The translations under genes and the position numbers were made by a program. From positions 576,001-640,000 of the forward strand of contig CAWGHO010000003.1 in the NCBI GenBank assembly GCA_963822445.1: a stretch of 64,000 nucleotides of DNA, read 5' to 3'. Positions within the stretch are counted from its first letter, which is position 1; the number at the start of each line of letters is the position of its first letter. This document shows positions 21,107 to 30,377 of this stretch, piece by piece. Under the pieces are notes generated by a model. It did not search any database and was not told the DNA's origin. It was given only the letters and a program-made list of their open reading frames with translations. This stretch comes from an uncultured Acidobacteriota bacterium. GTDB taxonomy: Bacteria; Acidobacteriota; Thermoanaerobaculia; Gp7-AA8.

Positions 21107-22672
21107 CTACTCCCAGGGGCGGGAGATGACGCAGGAGTTGATGCCGCCGACGCCCATGCTCAGTTTGCCGCTGTAGCCGCGCGGCGCTTCGCATCCATCC
21201 TGCTGCACGAACTTCGCGGTGTGCACTTTCACGTCCGCGTGCAGCTCGCCTTCGGTCAGCGGCATCGGGAAGAGCTTCCCTTTCGCGACGCCGAGGTGCT
21301 GGGCGGTGAGCTCCCAGCCGCCGCCGACGGACATCCCGTGGCCGAACGTGCCTTTGCGTGCCGTGAAAATCACGTCGGGGTGGAGCATCTCCAGCGAGTT
21401 CTCGATTTCCGTCGCGTCGCCGGGCGTCGCCGTGGCGTGCATGTCCCAGGTGGTGATTTCGCTAGCCTGCACATCTTCGAGCGCGGCCTTGATCGCGAGC
21501 TGCGGCCCGCCTTTCGACGGCGTGATGATGTGATGGGCATCCGATGACGCGCCGACTCCGACGATCTCCATGCCTACCGGCGTGAATCCCTGCGCGCGGA
21601 GGACATCGGCATCGCCGACGATCCAGATGCAAGAGCCACCGGCGACGTGCGTTCCTTTGAGTCCGGTCAGCGGCCGCGAGACGTCCGCGTCGGCGGAAAG
21701 GACGTTCGCGTTGTAGAACGCGGAGATGACCATCTCGTGCGGCGGAGGATCGGTCATGCCGATGACCACCGCCGTGGCATCGCCACGATGAATCGCGTCG
21801 ACGGCCATCTTCGTCGCCACGCCGAACGACGCGCAGGCCGCAACGGGCGCATACGCGGGGCCGACGATCTTGCCGAGCATGGAAATCTGCGCGGCGGGAA
21901 TGTTGACGATGTTCCAGAGCAGATTCGCCGACACCGCCGACCAGGGCTCTTCGGGGCAGCCGTACTTGCGATTGAGCGCGCGGATCTTGTTGAGCTTCGT
22001 GCGGATGTTGTTGAGCTTCGCCGATCCGGAGGACGGCGGCACCGGCTCGCCATGAATCTCCCGAGCCTCAGCCAGATACGCGCCGAGGGCATCGCTCTTC
22101 GCCGCCCAGAACGCTTCCCACTCGTACTTCGCCTCGATCCACTCTTCCGTGCCGATGCTGAGCTCCGACGGATCGCGCGGCGCTTCCGCGCTTGCGTTTC
22201 TATCGCGATGCGCGCGCAGCGGTGCACATCGATCGGCCGCGGCCCAGAACTCGTTCCAGCGTCGAAGGGCGCGCTCGTAGCGGATCGCTTCGTGCTGGGT
22301 GACGGTGATGTCGCCGATGCCCGTGCCGACGTAGACGTGGCACTTCGTGCCGAGGGATTGAAGGTACTGCTCGAGTCCCGGGTTCTGGCCGAGGGATTGG
22401 ATGAACGCGCCGATGGCGTATTGCACCATCGGTCCCATCTTGTCCTTCAGTTGCGCGTACTTGGCCGGCGGGAAGCGCTCGTCGAACCAGGGGCGGTACG
22501 CATCGAAGTCGAAGTCGGGGTAGCCGACGAGGAAATTGGACTGGCCGTAACCGGTGTAGGGTGAGAGCCAGGTATCGGTGCTTTCGAGGTTGCGCTCGAA
22601 CGCGTCGATGTTCGGCGACTTCGGCGCGACCAGACCCCAACCGAAAACGCCGATTCGCGGCCGCTGCGACAT
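21107..22672 (-). CDS. Stand-alone beta-ketoacyl synthase (FabF-like) with a large internal insertion
   Basis: Cys-His-His triad motifs VAACAS, DMHATAT and KGTFGHG; SSDAHHIITPS; C-terminal MGVGGINS. Confidence 0.85.
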   Translation of the reverse strand: MSQRPRIGVFGWGLVAPKSPNIDAFERNLESTDTWLSPYTGYGQSNFLVGYPDFDFDAYRPWFDERFPPAKYAQLKDKMGPMVQYAIGAFIQSLGQNPGLEQYLQSLGTKCHVYVGTGIGDITVTQHEAIRYERALRRWNEFWAAADRCAPLRAHRDRNASAEAPRDPSELSIGTEEWIEAKYEWEAFWAAKSDALGAYLAEAREIHGEPVPPSSGSAKLNNIRTKLNKIRALNRKYGCPEEPWSAVSANLLWNIVNIPAAQISMLGKIVGPAYAPVAACASFGVATKMAVDAIHRGDATAVVIGMTDPPPHEMVISAFYNANVLSADADVSRPLTGLKGTHVAGGSCIWIVGDADVLRAQGFTPVGMEIVGVGASSDAHHIITPSKGGPQLAIKAALEDVQASEITTWDMHATATPGDATEIENSLEMLHPDVIFTARKGTFGHGMSVGGGWELTAQHLGVAKGKLFPMPLTEGELHADVKVHTAKFVQQDGCEAPRGYSGKLSMGVGGINSCVISRPWE

Positions 22673-22762
22673 AGGGGGCGCATTGTACCGAAATTGCATC
22701 AGTGGACTTCCGCACGTGCCAACATCCACGAACAGAGAGGTTTACCGTTGAAGAGCACACTC

Positions 22763-23044
22763 ATGATCCGGGTCACCGCCGTCCTTCTGATTGCCGTAGC
22801 CGCGCTCGCCTGCAAGAAGGAGAAGGCCGTCACCGGCACCGCGGCGACGGAGACCATCGCGCCCGCGCAGCCTCAACCGGAAGCGACCGGCACCGGCGAT
22901 CTCACCCAGACCGTGGACATCGAAGACAGCCGCTCCGAAGCGGAGGGCGGCGTGCTGACCAAGCCGGGCGCGACGACGGAAACGACGGCTACTACCGCAA
23001 CCACGACCACGTCGACCGTCACGACTGCCACCACCACCCGATGA
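22763..23044 (+). CDS. Small Thr-rich lipoprotein
   Basis: MIRVTAVLLIAVAALAC-KKE lipobox and poly-Thr tail. Confidence 0.65.
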   Translation: MIRVTAVLLIAVAALACKKEKAVTGTAATETIAPAQPQPEATGTGDLTQTVDIEDSRSEAEGGVLTKPGATTETTATTATTTTSTVTTATTTR

Positions 23045-23051
23045 CGTTGCA

Positions 23052-23783
23052 GTGAAGTTGTATGAGCCACTCATCGAGCGCGACCTGAGCGCCATTCCTG
23101 CCGCGGTGCGGGAGTTTCTCGATGAGCATGAGGTCCACGATCTCTACCTCGCCGTGGCGCGCTTCGGCGTGCTCGCGTACGCACCGTCGCAACATTCGAA
23201 ACGGGCGGTGATGGCCTGCCGCGCCGCGTGGGACCTTCGCGAAGAATTCGGCGATCGCTGGCCGGCTCTGATCGTCGAGTGCGCGCGCTACGCTGCCGAA
23301 GCCCGTCAGCCGTGGAGCGAGCCGCCGATCTTTGACTCGCTGGAAGTGCCGGATGAAGACGAGCTGCGCGCAAACGCTAAAGGCGACGCGCTCCTGATGC
23401 TCGACACCGCCCTCGCCCTCATCCCCATCCTCGGCGAAAAAGGCAAAGCGGCCTTGCTGCGAATGCCGCTCATGGAGATGGAAGCGGAACCAAATCCTCC
23501 AAACGACAACGACGCACCGATCGAAGAGCTCGTGCAACGCGTCGTCGATTCAAACGGCGCTGTGGATGCCGTTCGCGACGTCTTCATCTGGTCCGCGAAA
23601 CACCCGACAACCCGACAACCCGACAACCCGACAACCCCGATCTATCCACTGGCGCGCGACTACGCCCAGACCCTGATCGCCCACGCCACGCCACTCCCGG
23701 CTCCACTTCGCGAGACATTTCTCGCCGCCGTGCACCACAATCTCGCGCACGGCGAGAGCTTCGCCGAGTGGAGCTTCGCGTGA
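23052..23783 (+). CDS. Hypothetical alpha-helical protein
   Basis: 243 aa ORF in a co-directional run; its stop overlaps the dacB start (GTGA). Confidence 0.65.
   Translation: MKLYEPLIERDLSAIPAAVREFLDEHEVHDLYLAVARFGVLAYAPSQHSKRAVMACRAAWDLREEFGDRWPALIVECARYAAEARQPWSEPPIFDSLEVPDEDELRANAKGDALLMLDTALALIPILGEKGKAALLRMPLMEMEAEPNPPNDNDAPIEELVQRVVDSNGAVDAVRDVFIWSAKHPTTRQPDNPTTPIYPLARDYAQTLIAHATPLPAPLRETFLAAVHHNLAHGESFAEWSFA
23603..23634 (+). repeat. (CCCGACAA)4 perfect octamer tandem repeat inside a CDS
   Basis: Read directly; encodes PTTRQPDNPTTP. Confidence 0.9.
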
Positions 23784-24934
23784 GATTCCTCGTCATTTGC
23801 CTGATCGCCGCCGGATGTGCGACCGCGCCGGCGCGCGTCGAGCTTCCCGAGCTCGACACGCCGCCGTTTCACCGCGCGTATTGGGCGGTGCATGTCGAGG
23901 ACGACGATGGCGGCGTTCTGTATTCGCAGAACGCCGACAAGCTGATGATGCCTGCCTCCAATCGCAAGCTCTCCGCCGCCGCGACCGTCGCCAATTGCCT
24001 CGGCTTCGACACGCGGTTATCCACGGAAATCTGGCGCGACGGCGAGGACCTGGTGGTCGTCGGCGACGGCGACCCGACCCTCGGATCCTGGCGTTACGAG
24101 CGCGACGACGACTTCATGCACGCCGCGGCCGCGTTGCGCGCTCGCGGACTTGCGCAGGTGCGCGACGTGGTCATCGACGTCTCCCGCTTCGATCGCATCA
24201 CCGTTCCGTGGAGCTGGAAGCACGGCTTTCTCGACGAGCCGTACGGCGCGCCGGTCGATGCAATCGCCTGGAATGAGAACGGAGAGTTGGGAAGGTCGAT
24301 CCGCGATCCCGCGGGTCGCGCGGCGCGGGCGATGATCGACGCGCTGGTGATCAACGACGTCGCCGTGACCGGCACGACGCGCGTGCAGACCGAGCCGCGC
24401 GCGTGGCAGGAGAAGCTGCTCGACATCCCGTCGCCCACCGTCGCGCAGATGCTGACCACGGTCCTGAAAAACAGCCACAACCTCTACACGGAGATGCTGC
24501 TCAAGCGCGCGGCCGGCGGGACGTATGCGAATGCGTTCGCGATCGATCGCCTGTTTCTCACGACCGAGGCGAAGCTCGATGGGGATTCGTTCCGCTTCGC
24601 TGATGCGTCGGGACTCTCCGCCGACAACCTCACTACAGCCAGGGCCACGATCCGCGTGCTGCGGTGGATGAACGATCCCGCGCGGCGGGGGATGTGGTGG
24701 GCGCTGTTATCCCAGCCGGCCAATGAAGGGACGCTGAGGACGCGGCTGGTGGCGCTCGAGCATCGCCTGCGCGGAAAAACGGGAACGATCAACGGCGTGA
24801 ACTCGCTCAGCGGAATCATCGCCATGCCCGATGGCCGGTATCGCTATTTCTCGGTGATGGTCAATCACCACGCCGGCAGTGGCGACGCGGCGGTGAAGAT
24901 CATCGATCAGGTCGTGGAGCGTTTCGCGAACTAG
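23780..24934 (+). CDS. dacB: D-alanyl-D-alanine carboxypeptidase/endopeptidase (peptidase S13, PBP4), lipoprotein
   Basis: PASNRK (SxxK), GDGDPTL, SHN (SxN), DASGLS and GKTG motifs; lipobox AAGC. Confidence 0.93.
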   Translation: MRFLVICLIAAGCATAPARVELPELDTPPFHRAYWAVHVEDDDGGVLYSQNADKLMMPASNRKLSAAATVANCLGFDTRLSTEIWRDGEDLVVVGDGDPTLGSWRYERDDDFMHAAAALRARGLAQVRDVVIDVSRFDRITVPWSWKHGFLDEPYGAPVDAIAWNENGELGRSIRDPAGRAARAMIDALVINDVAVTGTTRVQTEPRAWQEKLLDIPSPTVAQMLTTVLKNSHNLYTEMLLKRAAGGTYANAFAIDRLFLTTEAKLDGDSFRFADASGLSADNLTTARATIRVLRWMNDPARRGMWWALLSQPANEGTLRTRLVALEHRLRGKTGTINGVNSLSGIIAMPDGRYRYFSVMVNHHAGSGDAAVKIIDQVVERFAN

Positions 24935-26412
24935 CGGCGCTCGAAGCGTTCCCCGAAAACCGTCAACGTCTCGATCGTGCCTTCCTGGCCGTGAGCGAAG
25001 ACCACGTTCTCGTCGACGCCGTCCCATTCCGAGTAGGCGGTGAAGACGTCGTGGTGGAGATGCTCGAGGGGGATGGTCATCCGGTTCCACTGGAAGACCG
25101 GCGCGCCGTTGACGATGGTGATCTTCGCCGTGCCGTACACGTCGTTCGTGTACTCGCCGGCGAAGCTCTCCAGCGGCTTCGAGGGCTGCGTGCCCTTCGG
25201 CGCCTTCGCTCTCCGCTCCTGCCGCTCGTACGCTTCCTTCTCGTCGGCCTTGCGGTCGACCATCAGGTAGTAGGCGTTCCAGTCGCGGCCCGGCTTGCCG
25301 GAGAGCATGTCCGCCAGGGCGTTGCGCATCGAGACGAGGGCGATGCCGCGATCGACGTTGATCATCACTACGAATCCGGAGTTGCGCTTCGGCAGCAGCT
25401 CCACGCGCGTGCGGAATCCGTTGAGCGAACCGGAATGCGAGACCAGCAGCTCGCCGCGGTAATCCTGGATGGTCCAGCCCATGCCGTAGGACATCACGTT
25501 CGATTCGGGGTTCAGCTCACGGTTGAGGTTCTCCAGCCGCACGGCCGTCTGCGGGGTACGGGTCTCATTGAGCGCCTTCGGATCGACGAGCTGCCTCTGG
25601 TCGAACGATCCGTCGGCGAGTTGAAAGCGCAGCCAGTTGGCCATGTCTCGCGCCGAGGACTTGATCGCGCCGGCGCTGCCGAGGTTCGTGGTGGCGATCG
25701 GTTTCTGGATGGTGATGGTCTCGGTTCGCCAGTCGTAGTGATGGCCGGTGGCGTGATCGAGCTTTTCCCAGTCGGCGTCGGAGATTGCGGTGGTGGTCAT
25801 GCCCAGCGGCGCGAAGATGCGCTTCTGCATGAACTCTTCGTAGGGCATGCCGCTGGCCGCGGCCACGGCTTCGCCGGCGGCGATGAACATGATGTTGTTG
25901 TAGCCGTACGCGCTGCGGAACGGGCGGGCCGGCTCGAGGAAGGCGAGCTTGCGGATGACTTCCTCGCGGCTCCAGGGGCTGTTATCCCAGAGCTCATCCC
26001 GTCCGCCCAGGCCCGTGCGATGGGAGACGATGTCGCGCAGGGTGACGTTCGCGTCCGCGCACATGTCCGAGAGGCGAAAGTAGGGGACGTGCTTCCGGAC
26101 CGGATCGTCCCAGCTCATCTTCCCGTCGGCGACGAGCATGGCCATGGCCGTGGTGGTGAAGGCTTTGGAGGTCGAGGCGATCTGGAAGAGGGTGTCCTTC
26201 GTTACCGGCGTCCCGGCCAGGTCTTTCGCCCCGTACGCCGCGACATGAATGACCCGGTCGTTCTTGACCACCGCGATCGCCGCCCCGGGGATCCTCCACG
26301 CCTTCATGGTGTTGACCATGACCTTGTCGATCGCCTTCGGATCGATGACGGTGGGCTGGGCGAAGAGGGAGAGGGTGAGGAGAAATGGCAAGAAAAGGGA
26401 AAGCGGGCGCAT
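24931..26412 (-). CDS. Serine hydrolase, beta-lactamase/class C-like family, with a C-terminal DUF3471-like domain
   Basis: FQIASTSKAF (SxxK), YNN (YxN), HSG; C-terminal FAGEY...YG motif; signal peptide. Confidence 0.9.
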   Translation of the reverse strand: MRPLSLFLPFLLTLSLFAQPTVIDPKAIDKVMVNTMKAWRIPGAAIAVVKNDRVIHVAAYGAKDLAGTPVTKDTLFQIASTSKAFTTTAMAMLVADGKMSWDDPVRKHVPYFRLSDMCADANVTLRDIVSHRTGLGGRDELWDNSPWSREEVIRKLAFLEPARPFRSAYGYNNIMFIAAGEAVAAASGMPYEEFMQKRIFAPLGMTTTAISDADWEKLDHATGHHYDWRTETITIQKPIATTNLGSAGAIKSSARDMANWLRFQLADGSFDQRQLVDPKALNETRTPQTAVRLENLNRELNPESNVMSYGMGWTIQDYRGELLVSHSGSLNGFRTRVELLPKRNSGFVVMINVDRGIALVSMRNALADMLSGKPGRDWNAYYLMVDRKADEKEAYERQERRAKAPKGTQPSKPLESFAGEYTNDVYGTAKITIVNGAPVFQWNRMTIPLEHLHHDVFTAYSEWDGVDENVVFAHGQEGTIETLTVFGERFERR

Positions 26413-26429
26413 CGGTTTGCGATTGTACC

Positions 26430-26546
26430 GGTTGCGAGGTTTCGGGGTTTCAGGGTTACGAGGTGGAGGAGTTTCTGCGAGACGGACAACCTGACAACCC
26501 GACAACGTGACAACCCCGCAACCCCGTAACCCCGAAACCCCGAAAC
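26430..26546. repeat. Inverted array of degenerate octamer tandem repeats (GGGGTTWC-like / GACAACCC and GWAACCCC-like)
   Basis: Read directly in intergenic space; same family as the repeats at 23603 and 34975. Confidence 0.8.
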
Positions 26547-26929
26547 TACTCAAAAGCCAACACCACCTCGAACAACTTGAGCAAATCCTCAAACCTCCCA
26601 TGCGGCTTGGCGATCACCGGTTCCACGTCGTCCGGCGCTTCGAAATCGCTCAGATAGATGATGGGGACCCGCGGCAGGAGTGCGTGGATTTCGTGGGCGA
26701 TGTCCAACGCGCGTAGATCGGGGAGGTCGAGGTCGAGGATCAGAACGTCGGGGTGCAGTCTACGAAGCGTGGGAACTGCCTCCGATCCGTGACTTACCAG
26801 AGAGCATTCCAGCTCCATCAGGCGGAAGAACATGTGCAGCATTTCCGCAGCCGCGCGGTCGCCTTCAACCACCGCCACGCGCCGAGTTGTGAACATCTCG
26901 AGCTCGGGGCTAAGCTTCGTCGGCTGCAA
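26546..26929 (-). CDS. Single-domain response regulator (REC)
   Basis: VAVVEGD, PDVLILDLDLPD, PIIYLS, IAKP. Start uncertain (TTG 26929 or ATG 26896). Confidence 0.8.
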   Translation of the reverse strand: MQPTKLSPELEMFTTRRVAVVEGDRAAAEMLHMFFRLMELECSLVSHGSEAVPTLRRLHPDVLILDLDLPDLRALDIAHEIHALLPRVPIIYLSDFEAPDDVEPVIAKPHGRFEDLLKLFEVVLAFE

Positions 26930-26935
26930 TGGATG

Positions 26936-27157
26936 CTACCCGTCCTCCCCTTCGAGATCGAACAGATCGGAGGCCCGGACCGGCTCACCGGAAAGCCGCC
27001 GGCACGCCGCGGAGATCGCCGCGATACACCGCCGGGTCGGTTCCATCCGCCCCATCCGGATCCGGAGCAGGTGCTGCCGGCTGTATCCCGATTCCCGCGC
27101 GAGGTGCGCCGGCTTGACCCGTCTGCTCTTCAGGAACTTTTCGAGTCGTGTGACCAT
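26936..27157 (-). CDS. Small Cro/XRE-like helix-turn-helix protein
   Basis: MVTRLEKFLKSRRVKPAHLARESGYSRQHLLRIRMGRMEPT...SDLFDL; strong sigma-70 promoter directly upstream. Confidence 0.8.
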   Translation of the reverse strand: MVTRLEKFLKSRRVKPAHLARESGYSRQHLLRIRMGRMEPTRRCIAAISAACRRLSGEPVRASDLFDLEGEDG

Positions 27158-27171
27158 GTGCAATATCCTGC

Positions 27172-27200
27172 ATCTTAGGCAGGAGCAGTATGGATGTCAA
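27172..27200 (-). promoter_or_regulatory. Sigma-70 promoter of the Cro-like gene
   Basis: TTGACA-N17-TAAGAT on the minus strand. Confidence 0.75.
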
Positions 27201-27348
27201 TCCGCACGTGCGTCCAATCGCTGTTCCGGAGCAAAATAGTGCGCAACTCATACGTACGCCACGACTTGTAGTCTCAGCCGCCTTTAAGTAACTCCCCAAA
27301 CTTTCTTGCCTCGCATGCGCGTCTACAGGGGGTGGAAAGACGCTCTGG

Positions 27349-27457
27349 CGTCACTCCGTGTGCGAAAGTGACACTCGCTTTGGTGGGTGTCTGTGAGGTG
27401 AGCCGCTGAGACGTTCCGGCCCTGACCTTCCGAAAGGCTCCCGCCTCCGGAGTGACG
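27349..27457. ncRNA. Candidate structured RNA element (unclassified)
   Basis: Perfect 10-bp closing helix CGTCACTCCG/CGGAGTGACG enclosing hairpins GACACTCGC-TTTG-GTGGGTGTC and CCTT-CCGA-AAGG. Confidence 0.3.
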
Positions 27458-27461
27458 TGTG

Positions 27462-27490
27462 TTGCCTAGATCTCAGCCGGTTAGTAACCT
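27462..27490 (+). promoter_or_regulatory. Sigma-70 promoter of the LexA-like gene (near-leaderless transcript)
   Basis: TTGCCT-N17-TAACCT ending 11 nt before ATG 27502; no Shine-Dalgarno sequence. Confidence 0.55.
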
Positions 27491-27501
27491 ATAAGTTCCT
27501 C

Positions 27502-28296
27502 ATGCTCGGCGAAACCATTCGCGAAGCCCGCATCCGCAAAGGCCTGACCCAGGCCCGCCTCGCCAAAATGGCAGGCGTCAGCCGGCGTCACCTTGCCGCG
27601 CTGGAGAAGGGGGCCAACGTCTCGGTGAGCATCCTCCAGCGCGTTGCGGCCGTCCTCGAGCTCGAGGAGATTCAGCTCGGCCCGCTGTCTTTGCGCGCCG
27701 GCGAGAAACCGGAACTGAACGTACCACTTCTCACCGACACCATCCGCGAGATCCGCGCGGACGCCGAGCGAGCCAACGCCAAGCTCGCCCGCGTCGAAGG
27801 CATCCTCGGCGGCGTCGCCAGCGCCCCGCGCGAGGTCGGCTCCAGCTTCCCCACACTGCCGGTCCGCCATCTCGATGCACCGCGAGCACCGGTGGCCGAC
27901 CTTCTTCGCGAGCGCCCCGACTGGCTCGAAGTCGAAACGGCAGGGGAGATCCGCCAGGGCCATCCCGTCGACGAAGCGCTACGCGAGAAGATCGCTCTTC
28001 CGAAGAATCTGGTCGATGACGGCGAGATCGTCTTCCGCTTCCGCGGCAACGGCCTCGGCGATCAGGGCATCGAAGACGGCGATCTGCTGGTCGTCGAGAA
28101 TCGCCCCCGCGGCCGCGCCGCAAACGGCGAGCTCGTGGTGGGCCGCATCGGCAAGCAGGTCTGGATCGGCCGCTGGTGGCAGAAGCACGGACAGAAAGGC
28201 CTGATGTCGAACGGGTTGTCCGAGGTGACGACGGGGCGGTCGACGCGGTCGCTGAAGGTGGTGGCGGCGGTGAATCAGATCGTGCGCGGGTTGTGA
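27502..28296 (+). CDS. XRE-HTH regulator with a degenerate LexA/S24-like C-terminal domain
   Basis: LGETIREARIRKGLTQARLA..AGVSR..LAALEKG; C-terminal FRFRGNGLGDQGIEDGDLLVV...ANGELVV. Confidence 0.85.
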   Translation: MLGETIREARIRKGLTQARLAKMAGVSRRHLAALEKGANVSVSILQRVAAVLELEEIQLGPLSLRAGEKPELNVPLLTDTIREIRADAERANAKLARVEGILGGVASAPREVGSSFPTLPVRHLDAPRAPVADLLRERPDWLEVETAGEIRQGHPVDEALREKIALPKNLVDDGEIVFRFRGNGLGDQGIEDGDLLVVENRPRGRAANGELVVGRIGKQVWIGRWWQKHGQKGLMSNGLSEVTTGRSTRSLKVVAAVNQIVRGL

Positions 28297-28313
28297 AGTA
28301 GCATTCGGCCCGC

Positions 28314-30377
28314 ATGAAACGCGCCGCGATTCTCGTTCTCTCTCTCTTCGCCGCCGCCTGCGCATCCGTCCCCCGGGACATCCCGCCCGATCCGCCGCGT
28401 CCGCGCCCGCTCCTGGGCATGAACGGCTTCGACCTGGCGAGCATCGACCGGACCACCGCCGCCTGCGACGACTTCTATCAATACGCGGTCGGCGGCTGGC
28501 GCCAGACCCACCCGCTGCCGGCGATCTACTCGCGCTACGGCCGCTTCGAAGAAGTGGCGGAGCGCAATCGGAAGACGCTCAGGGCGATTCTCGAGGCTTC
28601 CGCGAAAGCAACCGACGCGCAGCCGGGATCGAACGCGCAGAAGATCGGCGACTTCTGGTCGGCCTGCATGAACGAGCCGGCCATCGAAACCGCGGGCGCT
28701 GCCCCGATCCGCGCCGATCTCGATCGCATCGACGCCATCTCCACGCGCGCGGACGTCGCCGCCGAGATTCAGCGCCTGCACGCGAAAGGCGTCGGGCCGC
28801 TGTTCCGCTTCTCCGCGCAGAACGATTTCAAGAACAGCAAGATGATCATCGGCGTCGTCGCGCAGTCCGGTCTCGGCCTGCCGGATCGCGACTACTACCT
28901 GATGGACAGCGAGCACTTCAAGACGACGCGCACGCAGTACGTGGAGCACATGGCCAGGATGTTCGAGCTCGCCGGCATCGACGCGGCGAAAGCGAAGGCC
29001 GATGCGACGCGCGTCCTCGAGCTCGAGACCGCGCTGGCCCGCGCGGCGATGCCGCGCACCGAGACGCGCAACCCCGAAAACATCTACCACATCACTCCGG
29101 TCTCGGAGCTGCAGTCCATCGCGCCGACGATCGGCTGGCCGCGCTACTTCGAAGCGATGGGGCTCACCGACCTGCGCTCGGTCAACGTCGCCCAGCCGGA
29201 GTTCATCCGCGAAGTGAATCGCGTGGTCAGCGAGATGCCGCTCGAATCGCTGAAGGCGTATCTGCGCTGGAACGTGATCGATGCCGCGGCGCCGTACCTG
29301 TCAGCGGCATTCGTCAACGAAAGCTTCACCTTCCGCGGGCAGCAGCTTTCCGGACAGAAAGAGAACGAGCCGCGCTGGCAACGCTGCATCCGCGCCGCCG
29401 ACCAGAACGTCGGCGAGATCCTCGGCCAGGAGTACGTGAAGCGGAACTTCACGCCCGAAGCCAAGGAGAAGATGAATGAGCTGATCGACAACCTCGTGGC
29501 CGCGCTGCGCGAAGGCATTCCCAGGCTGAACTGGATGGGGCCCGAGACGCAGAAGGCCGCGCTGGCGAAGCTCGATGCGTTCAAGCGCCGCATCGGCTAC
29601 CCCGACAAGTGGATCGATTACGCGACGCTGAACATCGGCCGCGATTCGCTCGTGCAGAACGTGCTGGCCGCGAACCAGTTCCGCGTCCGGCGCGCCGTCA
29701 ATCGCATCGGCAAACCCGACGATCCGAACGAGTGGGGCTTCTTCACGCCGTCGACGGTCAACGCCAGCTACAGCCCGCCGACGAACAACATCACCTTCCC
29801 GGCGGGCATCCTCCAGCCGCCGTTCTACGACCCGAATGCCGACGACGCCTACAACTACGGCGGGATCGGATCGGTGATCGGCCACGAGATGACGCACGGG
29901 TTCGACGATTCGGGCGCGCGGTTCGACGCGGAGGGAAATCTGCGGAACTGGTGGAGTGCTGAGGATCTGAAGAAGTTTCAGGATCGCGCGGCCTGCATTC
30001 GCGATCAGTACGGCGCGTGGAACGTCGAGGAGGGGTTGAACCTGCAGGGCAAGCTGGTGACCGGCGAAGCCATCGCCGACCTGGGCGGCGTCACGCTCGC
30101 GCTGCGCGCGTATCAGAAGTCGCTCGTCGGAAAGGATCGGAGCGTTCTCGACGGATTCACTCCCGAACAACGTTTCTTCCTCGGCTTCGCGCAGGTCTGG
30201 GGACAGCAGATGTCGCCCGAAGAGGGGAGGCGGCGGGCGCTGACCGATCCGCACGCGCCGGGTCCCGCGCGCGTGAATCTGACCGTGCAGAACATGCCGG
30301 AATTCGAGGACGCGTGGAACTGCCCGAAAGGGATGAAGATGATGCGGCCCGACAACGAGCGGTGCAAGATCTGGTAG
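28314..30377 (+). CDS. M13 family metalloendopeptidase (neprilysin/PepO-like), lipoprotein
   Basis: CDDFYQYA.GGW, VNASY, FPAGILQPPF, GHEMTHGFD, GEAIADLGG. Confidence 0.96.
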   Translation: MKRAAILVLSLFAAACASVPRDIPPDPPRPRPLLGMNGFDLASIDRTTAACDDFYQYAVGGWRQTHPLPAIYSRYGRFEEVAERNRKTLRAILEASAKATDAQPGSNAQKIGDFWSACMNEPAIETAGAAPIRADLDRIDAISTRADVAAEIQRLHAKGVGPLFRFSAQNDFKNSKMIIGVVAQSGLGLPDRDYYLMDSEHFKTTRTQYVEHMARMFELAGIDAAKAKADATRVLELETALARAAMPRTETRNPENIYHITPVSELQSIAPTIGWPRYFEAMGLTDLRSVNVAQPEFIREVNRVVSEMPLESLKAYLRWNVIDAAAPYLSAAFVNESFTFRGQQLSGQKENEPRWQRCIRAADQNVGEILGQEYVKRNFTPEAKEKMNELIDNLVAALREGIPRLNWMGPETQKAALAKLDAFKRRIGYPDKWIDYATLNIGRDSLVQNVLAANQFRVRRAVNRIGKPDDPNEWGFFTPSTVNASYSPPTNNITFPAGILQPPFYDPNADDAYNYGGIGSVIGHEMTHGFDDSGARFDAEGNLRNWWSAEDLKKFQDRAACIRDQYGAWNVEEGLNLQGKLVTGEAIADLGGVTLALRAYQKSLVGKDRSVLDGFTPEQRFFLGFAQVWGQQMSPEEGRRRALTDPHAPGPARVNLTVQNMPEFEDAWNCPKGMKMMRPDNERCKIW

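Noticed and set aside
26430-26546. Short repeats as a CRISPR array
   Set aside because: Units are 7-8 nt tandem with no unique spacers, and there are no cas genes. No CRISPR array was seen anywhere in the window.
27349-27457. TPP riboswitch, SRP RNA or hammerhead identity for the structured element
   Set aside because: Only fragments resemble them (CTGAGA, TCAGG..GGAA, CTGA..GAAA); the required conserved cores are absent.
26936-28296. Prophage at the cro/cI-like pair
   Set aside because: No integrase, replication or structural phage genes flank it; the neighbours are host peptidases.
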